A DNA stretch of 64,000 bases from positions 558,001-622,000 of the forward strand of contig NW_019029000.1 in NCBI RefSeq assembly GCF_002105155.1. Reading direction: 5' to 3'. The notes beneath the pieces were generated by a model. That model did no database searches and was not told the DNA's origin. It saw only the letters and a program-made list of their open reading frames with translations. Shown one piece after another: positions 27,394 through 41,011 of this stretch. This DNA comes from Lobosporangium transversale (Eukaryota). Both the position numbers and the translations under genes were made by a program. How positions within the stretch are numbered: position 1 is the first letter of the stretch; the number at the start of each line of letters is the position of its first letter.

Positions 27394-27399
27394 ACGCGT
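27394..27399. promoter_or_regulatory. Possible MluI cell-cycle box (ACGCGT) upstream of thymidylate kinase
   Basis: ACGCGT about 180 bp upstream of the ATG. dNTP-synthesis genes are MCB-regulated in yeasts, but a single hexamer is weak evidence. Confidence 0.25.
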
Positions 27400-29510
27400 C
27401 TGTACGTTAGACAATTCTCAGAAGCAGAAGGTCCACGGCACACGCTTGCATGCATTAATGCGCTAACACTCTGTCCTTCCTCCTGTTGTGTCTCTCTTTC
27501 ACCACCTGACTGGGCACTCTCCACTTCAGCAAGGTGCTGGAATGCAAAGGTACAACATGCATATTACGCCATTAACTTCTTCACCCAATGTTATACAAAG
27601 AGACATGTTCTAGTAGGGACATTACCATCCTCGAGAAACAGCTCTCCATTTTTAAAGAGCTCTGCAAATTAGGCAGTTATTAGCCATGTCGAAAGTCAAG
27701 GTGTCCTATTGACTGAGGATATCTGGTAATCAGTGCGGTGTAGTTATCGTTTGCTAATACTTTAGTAGATAGAGCAGATGAACGCAAACATCTTGCAACA
27801 ATTATATCTACATACATGTAGTATCCGTTTTGTTTGGTCGCCGCCTCCAACAGACAAAGTATATAATTGACCTCCGGCCTTCAACGTGTTACATGTATAT
27901 ATAAATACTTAAAAAATGAATCAATTGCTGACCAAAGGAAGCGGAGGAGCTTTACAAACTCTTTTATGACACCTATTTAGCGAACACATACATCAAGGCC
28001 TCCTTGTAATTGAAGGCCTTTTGTTTCAATTGGAATCATCACCTGTCAAAATTTGTATTTATTAATCATGTTGGTAGTGAGAATCACAAGTTGGGATTGA
28101 ATCTAGAAGAGAACTAGAGTATACATCTGGTGCTTTGTAAAAAAAGTACATTGTCTCCAATTCTAGATCGTATTATTACATGCAGAAGACTTTTCTTCTT
28201 CGTGGTTTACTATCGTCTTGCTAGGTGTTGAGTCGTCCATGGACAAATAAAAGAATCTTTTAAAAAAAAAAAAAAAAATCATGGAGTGGTTAATCATGCT
28301 ACGTTATTAGTCCAGGTGGGCCCGCTTGGTCAGAAAGTAGTCTTGGGTATCCAGTAAGAATGCTATAAAGCCTATTTTTATTTACATTCGCCGCCGAACA
28401 AAGTGTACATCGGTGTCATTAATATCCGGGTAATTGTAAAAAAAAAAAAAAAAAAGAAAAAAAGAAAAAAAATACCGCAAGTCATCTTGAATGAGCCTAA
28501 AAAGAATACAATAGGACGATTGCTGTAAAAAAATCTTGATGTAAGAGGTGAATGATTAAGGGATTGAATGACCATTATCATGTAAAGACAAGGACTCGTG
28601 AGTAAATTTTAGCAAATATGCTAAGGAGGATAGTGAGATCAGCCTGTGGACCTGTGAATTTGAGCAAACTCTTTGTTCCTGACTAACAAAAAATAAACAA
28701 TTCATCAGATCAAGGGAAGAAAAAAAGGAGAGAAAGGAGAAAAGAAGTCTTGCGACCTTTGCTGATGACCAAACCAGGTGGATAAGACTCTTCTAAAAAT
28801 GGATTTGGTTTTTGGTGAGCTGACCAAATGGGTATTACTCACGCGAGCCATCAGCCTATTAGGTTCCCTTTTTGGTAGCCCCCATACCAAATTGACTAAG
28901 GACGGGATTGAATCAGGCAAGAGCATGTTGAGCGGAGACACAATCCTCGATCAATGGATCCCAATCTTCAAAGACCGATCGGGCAGAAAAACGATTTTGG
29001 ATATAATCAGACCCAAAAGATGCAGTGCTGCCACTAAAAGAAAGAATGATGGCTTGAATGAACGCAAAAATGAATTTCCGCTCTGCCAAGTTTTACACAT
29101 CTCTTCACAGCAAAGCCATGCCTCAGTTTAGATTTTGATAACGTCCTAATTCTGCCTGTTCGGATTCCATAAGTAACGACTCTTCCTTGGACACTCTTTT
29201 TTTCGTTTTTGTTGTCTCTCTTTTGTTTTTTTCTGTTTTCTGTTGTTCTTGTTCTTTCTTCCTTTGTTGTTACGCCTTTTTTTATTATTTTTTATTTTTT
29301 TTTTATTATTATTGTTATTATTTACCGAAAAATAATATTATTAAACAACCATTCATTTTATTCCATTTTATACCATAACATCACAATAGACCTTCCGGCT
29401 CTTTTTTCGCCATTATCACAAATCCAACGCTTTTTTTTTTTTTTTTTCTTTCTTTTCCTCTGATTCTTTCAAGCATCATTCATTTTAATTTACCTTTTTA
29501 ATCACATTCC

Positions 29511-29689
29511 ATGGTCAAATTCAGCCATAGTCTGCAGTTTAACGCTGGTATGATTGTTTTAGTTCTATCTGACTTCACAGAGAATCTCATTCCACATGTA
29601 CCCCACTCCATCATCCAAACAGCCCAGATCACATTCTTCATTTATCCTCCATTTGGTATCTTTACTTTATTTCGGTGTAACCATCACAC

Positions 29690-29729
<40 letters not shown>

Positions 29730-32700
29730 TGCTGTGTTCTTTACAATGAGAGGCCATACAGGATTATTTCGTCATTTGTCTTAGACTGTGAAGAGTGTCT
29801 TCCTGGCTATTCTTTATCCGATTTGTTCGTACCAGAGGGTCAAGCTTGTCGCTCTTTTTGGTTAGCCCTTTTCAAATATAAATGGTTTACTTAACAAAAC
29901 TCTTATAATTGAAAAGGGCTAACCAAAAAGAGCGACAAGCTTGACCCTCTGGTTCGTACTATTGCTTTTGTTACTGCCACTTTAATTATTAATATGACAT
30001 GGCGCTTTCGAGACTTGTAGTCAGTTTCCTTCTCTCAGACGTGCCTATATTGGGGAAAAGGAGGGGATATCTCGCCATCTTGTAAAATTTATATTTATTT
30101 ATGCTCCAAGTTCTCCTACCTTTCTCTGGTTCCTATTCCCGGCTGTATTGTATGTTCAGGGAAGAGTCCAACGAATCGATAACATTCAATGCTAATGATT
30201 TTCTATTTTGTTTTATTTTACTTCCGATTTATCTAACAGTCCCCGACTGGGCTAGCGAATACATTGCATACTCGAATTTGAAGAAGATACTTTATGCCAT
30301 TGAGCAATACAATGTTCAGGCCACCATTGATGCAAGATCAGAAGATATCGAACAAGGTCACGGCATCAGCAGTAGTGTCAATCCTAAATCCTCGTCTCAA
30401 AAGATTGGTCACCATCTATGGGGAGGACGGAAGGACGATCAGTATCAAAAGAAGACTGCTGTTGAGAATGTTGCGCAGGAAGCAGAATTACATAATGGCA
30501 GTAACATCTTTCCACCTGATAGTGCAGTCTTTGAGCGTGAATTGGCCAAGGAATTAGTCAAAGTTACATCATTCTATATCCGTAAAGAACGTGAATTGTC
30601 TGCTGAGCTTGACGCTATTGACCGTCAATGGCAGTTGGAAGAGCTGAGGCAGAAGCAGGAACGTATTACTCAAGGCGAAGGGGAAGATGATGGGACCCAA
30701 ATAGACTCTGGAGAGATGAATCGCCGCATCTTGGCCAATGTTGATGATGAAAAGCGGCTAGGGGATGTAGAAAAGTCTCAGCTGAAAGAGATGATGGGTT
30801 GGGAGGAGGATGGTTTGGTGGACCATGGAGTAAGCGCTGATTTCGAGAGCCCAAGAGGAAAAGGATACCCTGCATTGGTTGCTGGTGAGTCCACGATTGC
30901 GGATGGAAGTGAGTACAAACCCGAGTCACATAGCCACCGAGCTTCCGCCGGCGACTTGACTGACATTGTCTGGAGACGTAAGTGCCTTATCGAAGAGCAA
31001 GAGGAGCACACCAAGAGCGAGAGAGAGCACCGACTACATCCCCTGGCAGCAAGAACAACTTCCTCCGTTAACAACAATAGCAACGATAATATCCGTCAAG
31101 GATCATCTTCACATACTTTAGAATCTTGCCCTGCTTCAAGTCATCAGAATCTCGACACTCCATTTACTCCTGAGATCAAGTCATCCTCTCACAATCATAG
31201 TACGATGCAGCATCAACATAGGCCCTTACACGGCGGCAGACGTTCAAGCTCCTTCGTGCATGATATTGTCACAGGTGCCCAAATGTATGAGGATCCCAAT
31301 CAGAGACCCTCTGTCTACGCTCCCTTGACTGCGGAGGCTCTTCTCCGCAGACGTGTCATCGACAACTTCATGCAATTTTCTGAATTAAAATCCTACGTGG
31401 CCTTGAATTATCTGGGCTTCCAAAAAATTGTCAAGAAGCATGACAAACTGGCCCATTGCACTACCTTGACCCGATATATGTCAACTGTAGTTGATTTGGC
31501 GGCCCCCTTTCAAGCCGAGTCGCGCCAGAGCCTGGATAGTCAGATCAGACGACTCCAAGCTATCTATGCCTCTACTTGCACCAACGGAAATATGGCCCAG
31601 GCTGCGAAGGAACTCCGGTCTCATTTGCGTGAGTATATCGTCTGGGAACGTAACACTATCTGGCGTGAGGCGGTCAGCCAGGAACGAAAGGCCGAAGGAG
31701 CCAGAGCTGTTGATCCAAATGAACGGGAACCATGGATGCTATTCGGATACCCTATCCACTTCATCACCGCCGCAGATGCTCGCCACATCCTCCTTGGCAT
31801 CATAGGTATTGTTATTTTTGCCGTCCTGATGTCAGTCTCCGTCTTTGATACACGAGAGCAGAACCGTTGCTTTGCAATCTTGATCACAGTCGCGTTCTTT
31901 TGGGCAACCGAAGTCATGCCTTTGTTTGCTACTGCACTTCTGGTTCCTCTGCTGACAATTCTCTGCCAGGTTATGCGTGATCCCAATACCAAAGCTACCC
32001 TCTCGACCTCGGCTGCCGCAAAGGTAGTCTTTGGCTACATGTTCTCTCCAACAATCATGCTCTTACTCGGAGGTTTTACTATTGCTTCCGCACTTTCGAA
32101 ATACGGAATTGCCAAGGCCATTGCAAGCACAGTTTTGAGTAGAGCAGGGACAGACCCCAAGTGGGTCTTACTTGCGAATATGCTTGTCGCCACAATCTCC
32201 TCCATGTTTATCAGTAATGTCGCAGCTCCTGTCCTTTGCTTTTCTTTGGTCCAGTCCATCTTACGTACTCTCCCTCACAAGTCAGCTTTTGGCCCTTGTC
32301 TGATCATGGGAATTGCTCTTGCATCGAATGTTGGTGGTATGGCTTCGCCTATTTCTTCACCTCAGAACATTATCACGATCCAAAACATGACACCTTCGCC
32401 TTCCTGGGGTAACTGGTTCGCCATAGCTCTCCCTCTGTGCCTTGTTATCGATCTGATCATCTGGGCATGGTTAATTATCCTCTGGCGCCCACACCGTAAC
32501 ACACCTACGATCCCTACTGTCCGCGCTACAAAAGACCGCATCACATTCTCACAAGTGTTCATTTGTGTTATTACCATTGGGACCATAATACTGTGGTGTA
32601 TCGAGAATTCATTCCAGGAGCAGTTGGGTGACATGGGTGTGATTGCAATCTTGCCTTTGGTCGCCTTTTTTGGCACTGGTTTGCTGAACAAGGAGGATTT

Positions 32701-33178
32701 CAACAACTTTTTGTGGACGGTCATCATGTTGGCCATGGGTGGAATTGCACTTGGGAAGGCTGTTGATTCTTCGGGACTGCTGGATACCATTGCTCATTAT
32801 ATCCAGGAAGCGGTCGCGGATCTGTCACAATGGGTGGTGTTGCTGATCTTTGGTGCCTTGACATTGGTCTTTGCCACATTCGTCTCTCATACTGTCGCAG
32901 CAGTCATCATCTTGCCGATTGTTCAACAGGTCGGCATGTCTTTTGCGGACCCTCATCCTCGAATCTTGGTCATGGGCACAGGTCTGATTTGTTCTGCAGC
33001 CATGGGCTTGCCTGTTTCGGGCTTTCCTAATATGAACGCTATTGCTTTGGAGGATGAAATGGGTCTTCCCTATCTCAAGACCATGGACTTTTTGAAGAGT
33101 GGTGTACCTCTCTCTATCTTGGCTACTCTTGTCATCGTCACCATGGGCTACGGTATCATGTCTGCCCTTGGATTTTGA
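29511..33178 (+). CDS. PHO91: SPX-domain low-affinity phosphate transporter (PHO87/90/91 family); exon 1 29511-29547, exon 2 30240-33178
   Basis: Spliced N-terminus MVKFSHSLQFNA/VPDWASEYIAYSNLKK (SPX), LNYLGFQKIVKKHDK, and an SLC13-type membrane domain (FISNVAAP, ASNVGGMASPISSPQN, LPVSGFPN). Confidence 0.92.
29833..29951. mobile_element. hAT-type MITE (119 bp) in PHO91 intron 1
   Basis: Perfect ~43-bp TIRs (CAGAGGGTCAAGCTTGTCGCTC...) around an AT-rich spacer. 8-bp TSD GTTCGTAC at 29825-29832 and 29952-29959. Confidence 0.85.
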
Positions 33179-33498
33179 ATAACCCTTGCCTTTTGCTTTT
33201 CTACGAACCGTTGAGCGTTTTTATCATATTGGATATCACCTTATTTATCATCAATTTCCTCCTCCTTGTACATTAGCTTTTACTTGTATGATTAAATTCG
33301 TATCGCACGAGTAAATTGAATTAGTAATTCAAAAACATGGAGCCACATGCTCCATATATTGTTGAGATTTGATTTCTGAGCATATAGGCATAATTAACGA
33401 ATTGGTCTTTTTCTGTTAATTTCTATGAATGGCTGTTATTTATTTTGGTACATGCTTTTATCGTTTTTTTTTTTTTTTTTTTTTTTCATTCCATCTAC

Positions 33499-34473
33499 TT
33501 ATTTACTCTTCTTAACATCCTCACCCACGATATCCATCCATTTCCGTCCGTTCAATCTCTTTACAATGTCATCCTTAATTGCACGAACTATTCCTGGTCC
33601 TTCATAAGACATGCTGCTATACAATTGCACCATACTGGCTCCTGCTCTTGCATATTCGAGTGCATCCTCGCCAGTCGAAATACCACCACAGCCTACTAAG
33701 GGAATCTTTCCTTCAGTATGCTTATACACTTGGCGCAAAGCTCTCAAAGCCAAAGGCTTGACTACAGGTCCTGATAATCCTCCAATTTCCTTAGCATTCT
33801 CCTTGCTGATCAGAGTCTTGGGTCTCGAGATTGTGGTGTTGGAAATAATAATACCATCTACATTCGTAGCCAACGCTGCCTCCGAAACATCCTCCAGTTC
33901 CTCATCCGATAGATCCGGTGCGATCTTGACCAGCAATGGAGGTTTGTAAGATGACTGCAAACGGTCACGAGCATTGATCACTTCGCGCAATAGACCCTCC
34001 AGCATACCTTTACGTTGCAATGATCTTAATCCTGGTGTATTGGGGGACGAGACATTGACCACGAGGACATCTGCATAAGGACCGAGGCGCTCCACGCCAA
34101 CAACATAGTCAGTTACAGAGTCTGGAGTCGAAGTCTTGTTTTTACCCAAATTGACTGCCAAGAGCCTGTCATCACGAAGTGATCGGTTGGTGGAAAGATG
34201 ATCAACCAATGACTCGGTAGAGGAGTGTCCATGCTTCAATTTCTCCTGTGTCAACTCCTGGTTCTCGCGAGCGTGCTTGTACAAGAAACGTTTGATGCGC
34301 TGACGAAGACGAGACTCCACAACTTTATGGCCCTCTGAATTGAATCCATACCGGTTGATCACACATTTATCCTCCGGTAGACGGAACATACGAGGTTGAG
34401 GGTTTCCAGGCTAATAATATATTTGAAAGAATATTTCATGCACAAAGGCAGAATTGTCAATTTGGTTTGTTTT

Positions 34474-34508
<35 letters not shown>

Positions 34509-35176
34509 GTTTTTCAATCCTTCGTATTGTTTTCTGCTGATAAAACATACTTGGGGTTCAGGGGTGACGCTGCCAATCTCAACATAACCGAATCCAAGGT
34601 CAAACAACCCATCAATTGCCTCTGCGTGCTTATCGAATCCTGCAGCCATTCCAACAGGGTTAGAAAAAGTCTTGTTCCAGAGCTAAATTGTTATAAAATT
34701 TCGTGTTAGCTACATTTTTTTTTTCTGTCCATTTCAATTGCAAAATGAAAGCCCATATATTCGTGTGATCGTTATCTCTGTTTCTTTTTCTTCACCTTGA
34801 CTTCCAATGAAGGGTCATCTTGTTGTGTATCCCATGGGGAGAGACCCATCTTGAGAGTCTTGATGGCAAACTTGTGAGCCGTTTCTGGGTCCATAGTCCA
34901 GTGAAGAAGAGGAATGGTCACGTATTTGTGGATCGATGCCCGTGAATCGAGTCCATAGGACAAGCCAACAACGCCGACAGCTATAATACTAGTACCAAGG
35001 ATAAAGTTGATCGTCTTTGAGGTTGCTGTGTGCTCCTTGCGAACTGTGGCGTAATGGCGAACAGCTGTGGTGGGACTACACACAAAGGATGTGGATGTCT
35101 TGACAGCAGCAGGGGCTTGACGTCCAAGTGTCCTTGACAGGGCTGGTTGACGCAGCACAGTTGCAATTGAATTCAT
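33499..35176 (-). CDS. URA9: Dihydroorotate dehydrogenase (quinone), class 2, mitochondrial, 3 exons
   Basis: Presequence and TM anchor, [63 protein letters not shown] and GGLSG. Confidence 0.93.
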
Positions 35177-36242
35177 AGCGGCAAGACAAAGAAAGGAGGA
35201 AGGGTGAGAGCTTGTCAGGAGAGTGGAATCTAGTCCCCAGTCAGATCAAGATCAAAACTCTTGGATTCCGAGATGTTGCAATTCAAGTTCGCGTTAATTT
35301 ACGTCACGTGAGAGATCCAACGCGTCGATTTGTGATATTGCTCCATTAAATAATCCTCCTCCAGCTCCCTATATTGGGCTACTACATCCCTAAAGAGTCT
35401 ACACTATTACGACAAACCTCGTACGAGCAACAGTAGAAATGATAGAGTAACCCGTATAAACGAAAGGAAACACCATTAGATATAGACCAGCCCATAAAGG
35501 AGTATCGACCTTCGTTTGAGGGCTAGGATCCTTCATGGTCTTACTAGCGATCTCATCTATCCCTGAAAGTACGGTCCAGCCACTCCTAAAGCTGTAAAGC
35601 TTCGGTAGGTCAGGATATGTCCCTTGTTGCGTGTATAGCACTCCTTATCTCAACTATAAAAGATAATTATTGCTGTTAGGCTTCTGTAATAATTAACCCG
35701 TTGTTGAAGGTGATGACTGCGGGTCTTTGGACAAATAAGAGGACGTAAGGGAAACTACACTAAAGGGGCCTACCATGGTTCTTAGCAAAGCCTTGGTACT
35801 CTTTTTCAGGTTCATGATAGCATCGAATTAAAAGCGCTTTTGGGGATTATGGAAAATGAAAAAAAGCATTCATTTCAAATAGGAATCCTCCAAAGAGAAA
35901 GCATGGATGCGATCATTTTATGTTAGGAGATCTATCGTAAATATTGAGATCAGTGGCGAGTGCAAATATGGAAGAAAGGTATAGATGAAGAAAGAAAGTT
36001 AAGGATCTTATGTTAAGCTAAAGAAAATACTGCAAATGGTTTCAAAAATATAGCCATGACGAAGGGGATACGGAATGCAGAAAGAAAAGCTTTTATTGCT
36101 GTACTATGTTCAGATCTAGGGCCATAGTACTTTGGAAAAAGAGTAGTGCAAGCGAGGTTGAATACATATTGTGTTTCTATAATCTTTATTACGGCTAAAG
36201 AAGGGGAGGAAAAGATAGTCTGGGAAGTGAATGAAGTGTTCG

Positions 36243-37885
36243 TTAACGTCTTGCCGGAGCCGAAGGTCCCTGAATAGCTCTCAAAAGCGGAGCCTTTAAA
36301 AGCTTCACTAGTACTGCAAGTGCCACCACACGACCTAAAATCACAAACAAGAACGCTTGCTTGACCAACCGATAGTAGCTTTCCCACGATCCCACTCTGT
36401 TGGACTGAGTAGCTTTTTTCCTACAAACGTGCAATGAACAAGAATATGAGAACGAAAGATTATACAAGGATGAGAGAGATGCCATATATTTATCAGACAC
36501 AATATCATATCTATTCTTTCTTTTGCTTTACTTACTTTTCTGTACCTTGCCACGAATGAAACTTGAGCAAAGCTCTAACCCAGATATGCATATCTATTTG
36601 TGAAAACCTCGGAAGGAAACCTGCATCCAATCGTCGTCTCATACGTTTAGAATCCCAAACCTTTTGAGGAATATCCCGTTGAATAGGTCCGTCCTTCAAT
36701 TCTAGTAAATCAGCCATCATTTGTAATGTCAATCCCCAAAGTTTGAGCGGCCTATGATCTGGATCCCATTCCGGCTCATAGTCAATCACCATGGAACTGG
36801 ACGTTGAGGAAGGTGTCGAGGCTGAAGATTCTATTGTTCCAGATTGATTGTTCCTCTCCTGCCCATAGTAAGATGCCCTGACCACAAACTCGGGTTTATA
36901 AGGCATCTCAATCGAGTGTAAAGACATAGTACCGAACAACCCACGAAGAAAAGTCCGTGAGAGACGAGGGGTCAGTTTGCTAGAAAGATTAATAGTCATG
37001 GGTGTCCATAGTGGTCTTTCCAGACGGTCCAGGAACAGCGAAAGGGGCTGCCAGTGAACTGAAGCGACCTCATCTGGTTGTGGCTTCAATGGTGGTGTTG
37101 ATGGTGAGAGTTGAATATACACTATGAATAATAGTTTATGAAAAGAGAAAGAGGATGTAGTATTCGGTTAGACGTGCATGGTCTGATCATTTTTCATGTG
37201 TCAGCCCGATCAATAAGGAATCATGATTAGAAACAGAAAAAAACTCTTCTAGTTCCGAGTCGTCTCGGTTGGGAGAGTTAAAATGAGAGCTGCACACCCA
37301 AAAAATAAAAAAATAAAAGCTCAGTTCACGGATCAAGAATCCAGTGGACAGGATCATATTACCAAAAGGAGAGAGCACCATTAAAAAAACCCGTCCGAAC
37401 GATGTCCAAAGCTCCCGATCATCAAGAGCCCCTAGACATCGAAACTGAGCTAGATCTGAGAGATCCAAACCAATTTCCTCCATTGTTTCTCTTGCTGCTG
37501 TCTCCTGATCATCTTCGTCGCCTTCCTCACGCTTTCCTCCTGGTAGAGCGACATGACCACTCCACCGATCTGTCTTTCGGGTGGCACGCTCAATAAACAG
37601 GACTTCAGGGATACCCGTCCGGACCCAATCCTGGCTGAAGAACTCGTCCACAGACTCTGGGTTTTCAATGGCCTGGATTGGTCGAAGTTGTTGCCTGCTT
37701 GGCTCTTCATTTGACTGCTGCGGTTGTCGAAAGGTACTGTATTGTGCATAGCGGTTGTGATCCGGTCGAATGCGAATGATGATTGCGACAGAAGCACGAC
37801 GATACTTTGGAGCGCGGGATTTTATCTTTCTTGGTGGGCCAAGTGAATCAATTATGGTGGAGAGCGCAGAGATCTCTCGAGACAT
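36243..37885 (-). CDS. Nudix hydrolase (NUDT7/PCD1-like subfamily) with C-terminal hydrophobic tail, 3 exons
   Basis: RRASVAII, WSGHVALPGGKREEGDEDDQETAARETMEEIGL Nudix box, PQPDEVASVHW and LWGLT. The last exon encodes a TM-like segment. Confidence 0.85.
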
Positions 37886-39233
37886 GATGTGCTGAGGGTT
37901 TATGTAAATGTGTAAATGCGTAAATGTGTAAATGCTGTTTCTTGATAGGAAAAAAGGAAATGGGAGAAACAGTGACAAGATGGAATGACAAGATTAAAAA
38001 AGAATTGAGGTGAATGTTTTGAGCAGTAATCGCACGATTAAGAGACAGAACTTTTGAGATTCTGCCTGAAGTAGAATCTTTGTCGCTGCCGGGTGTTCTC
38101 TTTCATGTACATACACATACACAAACACTATGCGTTTAAAAGCGGGTGTGTCACTCACTCCACAAAGTTTGATCGGTCCCTACTGCTCCATGAAGCGAAT
38201 GGCACGTGACAATCACGTTGGGTGTTTTATGGAATTGATGAGTGATGGACAATTGATCACTGCCTGTGTTCAGTGTGGAGGTTATTATGGCTATTATGTA
38301 ATTGAGGATCTGGTTGTCAGTAGGGTCTAAAGAAAAGGAGAAGATACCTGCTTGGATAATAAGTAAATATCAAAAACAATGCATCTGATTATGTGATTGA
38401 CACTCTTTCCCTCCCACAATACATGCCATGTAATACACATTCAAAGGTCAAACACATGGGCACGGACAGGCACACAGCTTCGAATGTTTTAATGACCAAT
38501 TATCCGACCCAACAAACTAATTATTGGCATGTCTCAAGCATGTCGTACAGACCTCAAAGCCGAAACAGCGCTTTGCCCTCTTTGCTTCGACTCGGCCCTT
38601 AATCTTTACTTTTTTCTTTGTTTTTGTTATTGTCCGATCTTGGCCGATAATCCTAATAGTGTTTGCTTTCGGTAAATACATGCACTTGGATTCTTTCCCT
38701 TGTCTTGGCCATGCAATTCTGAAAAAGCTATCTCAACGAAAGACTGAAGACGAAAAGAAAGGTGCGCAATCTGCACAAATGTCGCCTGTATAGATTTATA
38801 GACGTTCATATGGCCACTGAATCAAAAACATTCAAACAAAAGATGGAGAGCACCTGGGTAAAGAAAAAGTGAGTGAATAGACTGCTCGAGAGGCAAAGAT
38901 TCCTTTTTCTCCGTATATTTTTGAGCAATGGTTTATATATAAAGATGCCAGTTTTACTCGTGAGGACAAATATTCATGAACAAACATGTATATATTTATA
39001 AAAATATAACTTTTATTTTTTTTTTTTTAAAAAAAAAAAAAGCGGACAATCCATCATATCCTTGGAGCACCTCCCTCCCTTTCTCCACAATAAAAGTTAT
39101 GAACAAGACCTAATAAAATATATTACCAGCGTTATACATAATTGATGCACACCATTCATAAGAGATTTTCTTATTTTGAGAGTGACCCTGATCGTGTTGG
39201 TGAGCCCTAATCCATTTGGTAGAAGAAGTAATG

Positions 39234-39274
<41 letters not shown>

Positions 39275-41011
39275 GAGCAAATAGTTGGTCAATTTATTCT
39301 TATTGTCTCCTTGACTCTGTTCGCTGTTGAATACATACTTATTCTGGATGAAGACAAGAGTGCAAAAATAAATGTGGTGAGTATGCGAAAAGGAGAGGAG
39401 AGGGAGAGCGAGAAGGTTACTTTTCTGGGGGAGGAGAAGACCCAGGGCAATGGTTGGAGTGTTTATTAGTTGCTGGATTGTATCCATGCATCCACACTTT
39501 ACCACCACACACAACATCTACCATCCAATATTGAAACGTAATCGCATGAAGTAATAAAGCAATAACGGTTTGTCGACCATAGTTTATGACAATATATGAT
39601 AACATAAAATACCGAGGAGCATTCATTATTCAGCGCATTCCAATCGTTAGAAAGGCGAGAAAAGAGAGAAAGAGAAAGAGAAGAAGAGATAGATTGATAG
39701 AAATGATATTCCAAGATTGATCACACAAGCACATTTTAAAGTGTTGATGATAATGATGGAATAAATGCAATTGCACTTTATTTTGTGTTTCTGTGTTAAT
39801 GTGTTTGGGATGGGCATTTTCTTCATGTTGGATGTGGCATGTGGTGTGGGTGTGATAATTTGACTATTCTCTTTCCAACAGTTCAATCATAAAAGCGTCG
39901 CATGGGTCTTTCTGGTCAATGTGAATGCTTTTTTTTATCTTTCTCTCTTTCCCTACTCTGCTCTATTCTATTTTCTTTTTCTTTTTTTTTTTTTCCTCTT
40001 CTCTCCATCTACGCATCTCATCAATTTTTTTTTTTTTTTTTTTTTTTTGACACATCACAATCTCAATTGCTTTTCATCTCATTGTATTCTTGCAATACCC
40101 TTTAGCATTACACCTTCCACCCACTCGGCAACACTTTCAGATACCCTAAAGATATTAAGCACATTCACAAGCAGAGACACAAAAAGTTCAAACAACCACA
40201 TTCCTTTCTTATCCTCCAGGTATGGGAACAATCCATTCTCTTTTTTCTGTATCTGATATCCTTCTTTTTCCTCTCTTCCTTATGTTCTTGTCAATCATCC
40301 CATGCAAGTACATGGCTTCATACCGTTTTAATTTATTTTATTATTCATTGTTCATCGGTATATTTTATGTTTGGTTTTTTTGGTTGGTCATCTTGTTCTT
40401 TCCGAGGCATGCTCCTTCCCCTGGCTTTGTTTCTCGACAGTGCAGAAACAATTTATCCTGCATTCAATAATACAAGTAGCACATGTAATCATAATCACAC
40501 TATCATCACAATCATACATACACAATTACTTTCTGCACTGCAAAACAAGTGTGAACTGTGCGTTGTTTGTGTCTTGTTGCGCTGTGTCATTTTGAACACA
40601 GGCACTGAACTGAACTGAACTGCACTGTAAAAAAAAAGTCCAATCCATTTTGTTCATTTATTTATTCATTCATTCATTTCATTCATCGATAACCATTTCT
40701 TCGTCATAGCCACATTAGCATCTGCAGCAACAAATATATTTCTCTCGCCACATTCCTTTTTCTCTAAAAACGCACATAGCCTCTCTCTCTCCTACATCTT
40801 CACGTTCACTTTCACGTTCACTTTCTTTTCATCTTCCTATCCTGCAATTCTCTCTCTCTCTTTCTCTCTCTTTCCCCCTTTCCGTTCTGTTTCTTAATGA
40901 CTAGAGTTTACACAGTGCTTCTCTTATTGTCTTTCTTTTCATAAAAAATCAACTTTTCTACACACAACCTCTCTTCATCATTGCTTTTTTTCTCTCTTTC
41001 CCCTTTTCAGT

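Noticed and set aside
26226..37885. Apparent nucleotide-metabolism cluster (thymidylate kinase, DHODH, Nudix)
   Set aside because: The genes are interspersed with an unrelated transporter and catalyse no shared pathway step. Chance adjacency is sufficient.
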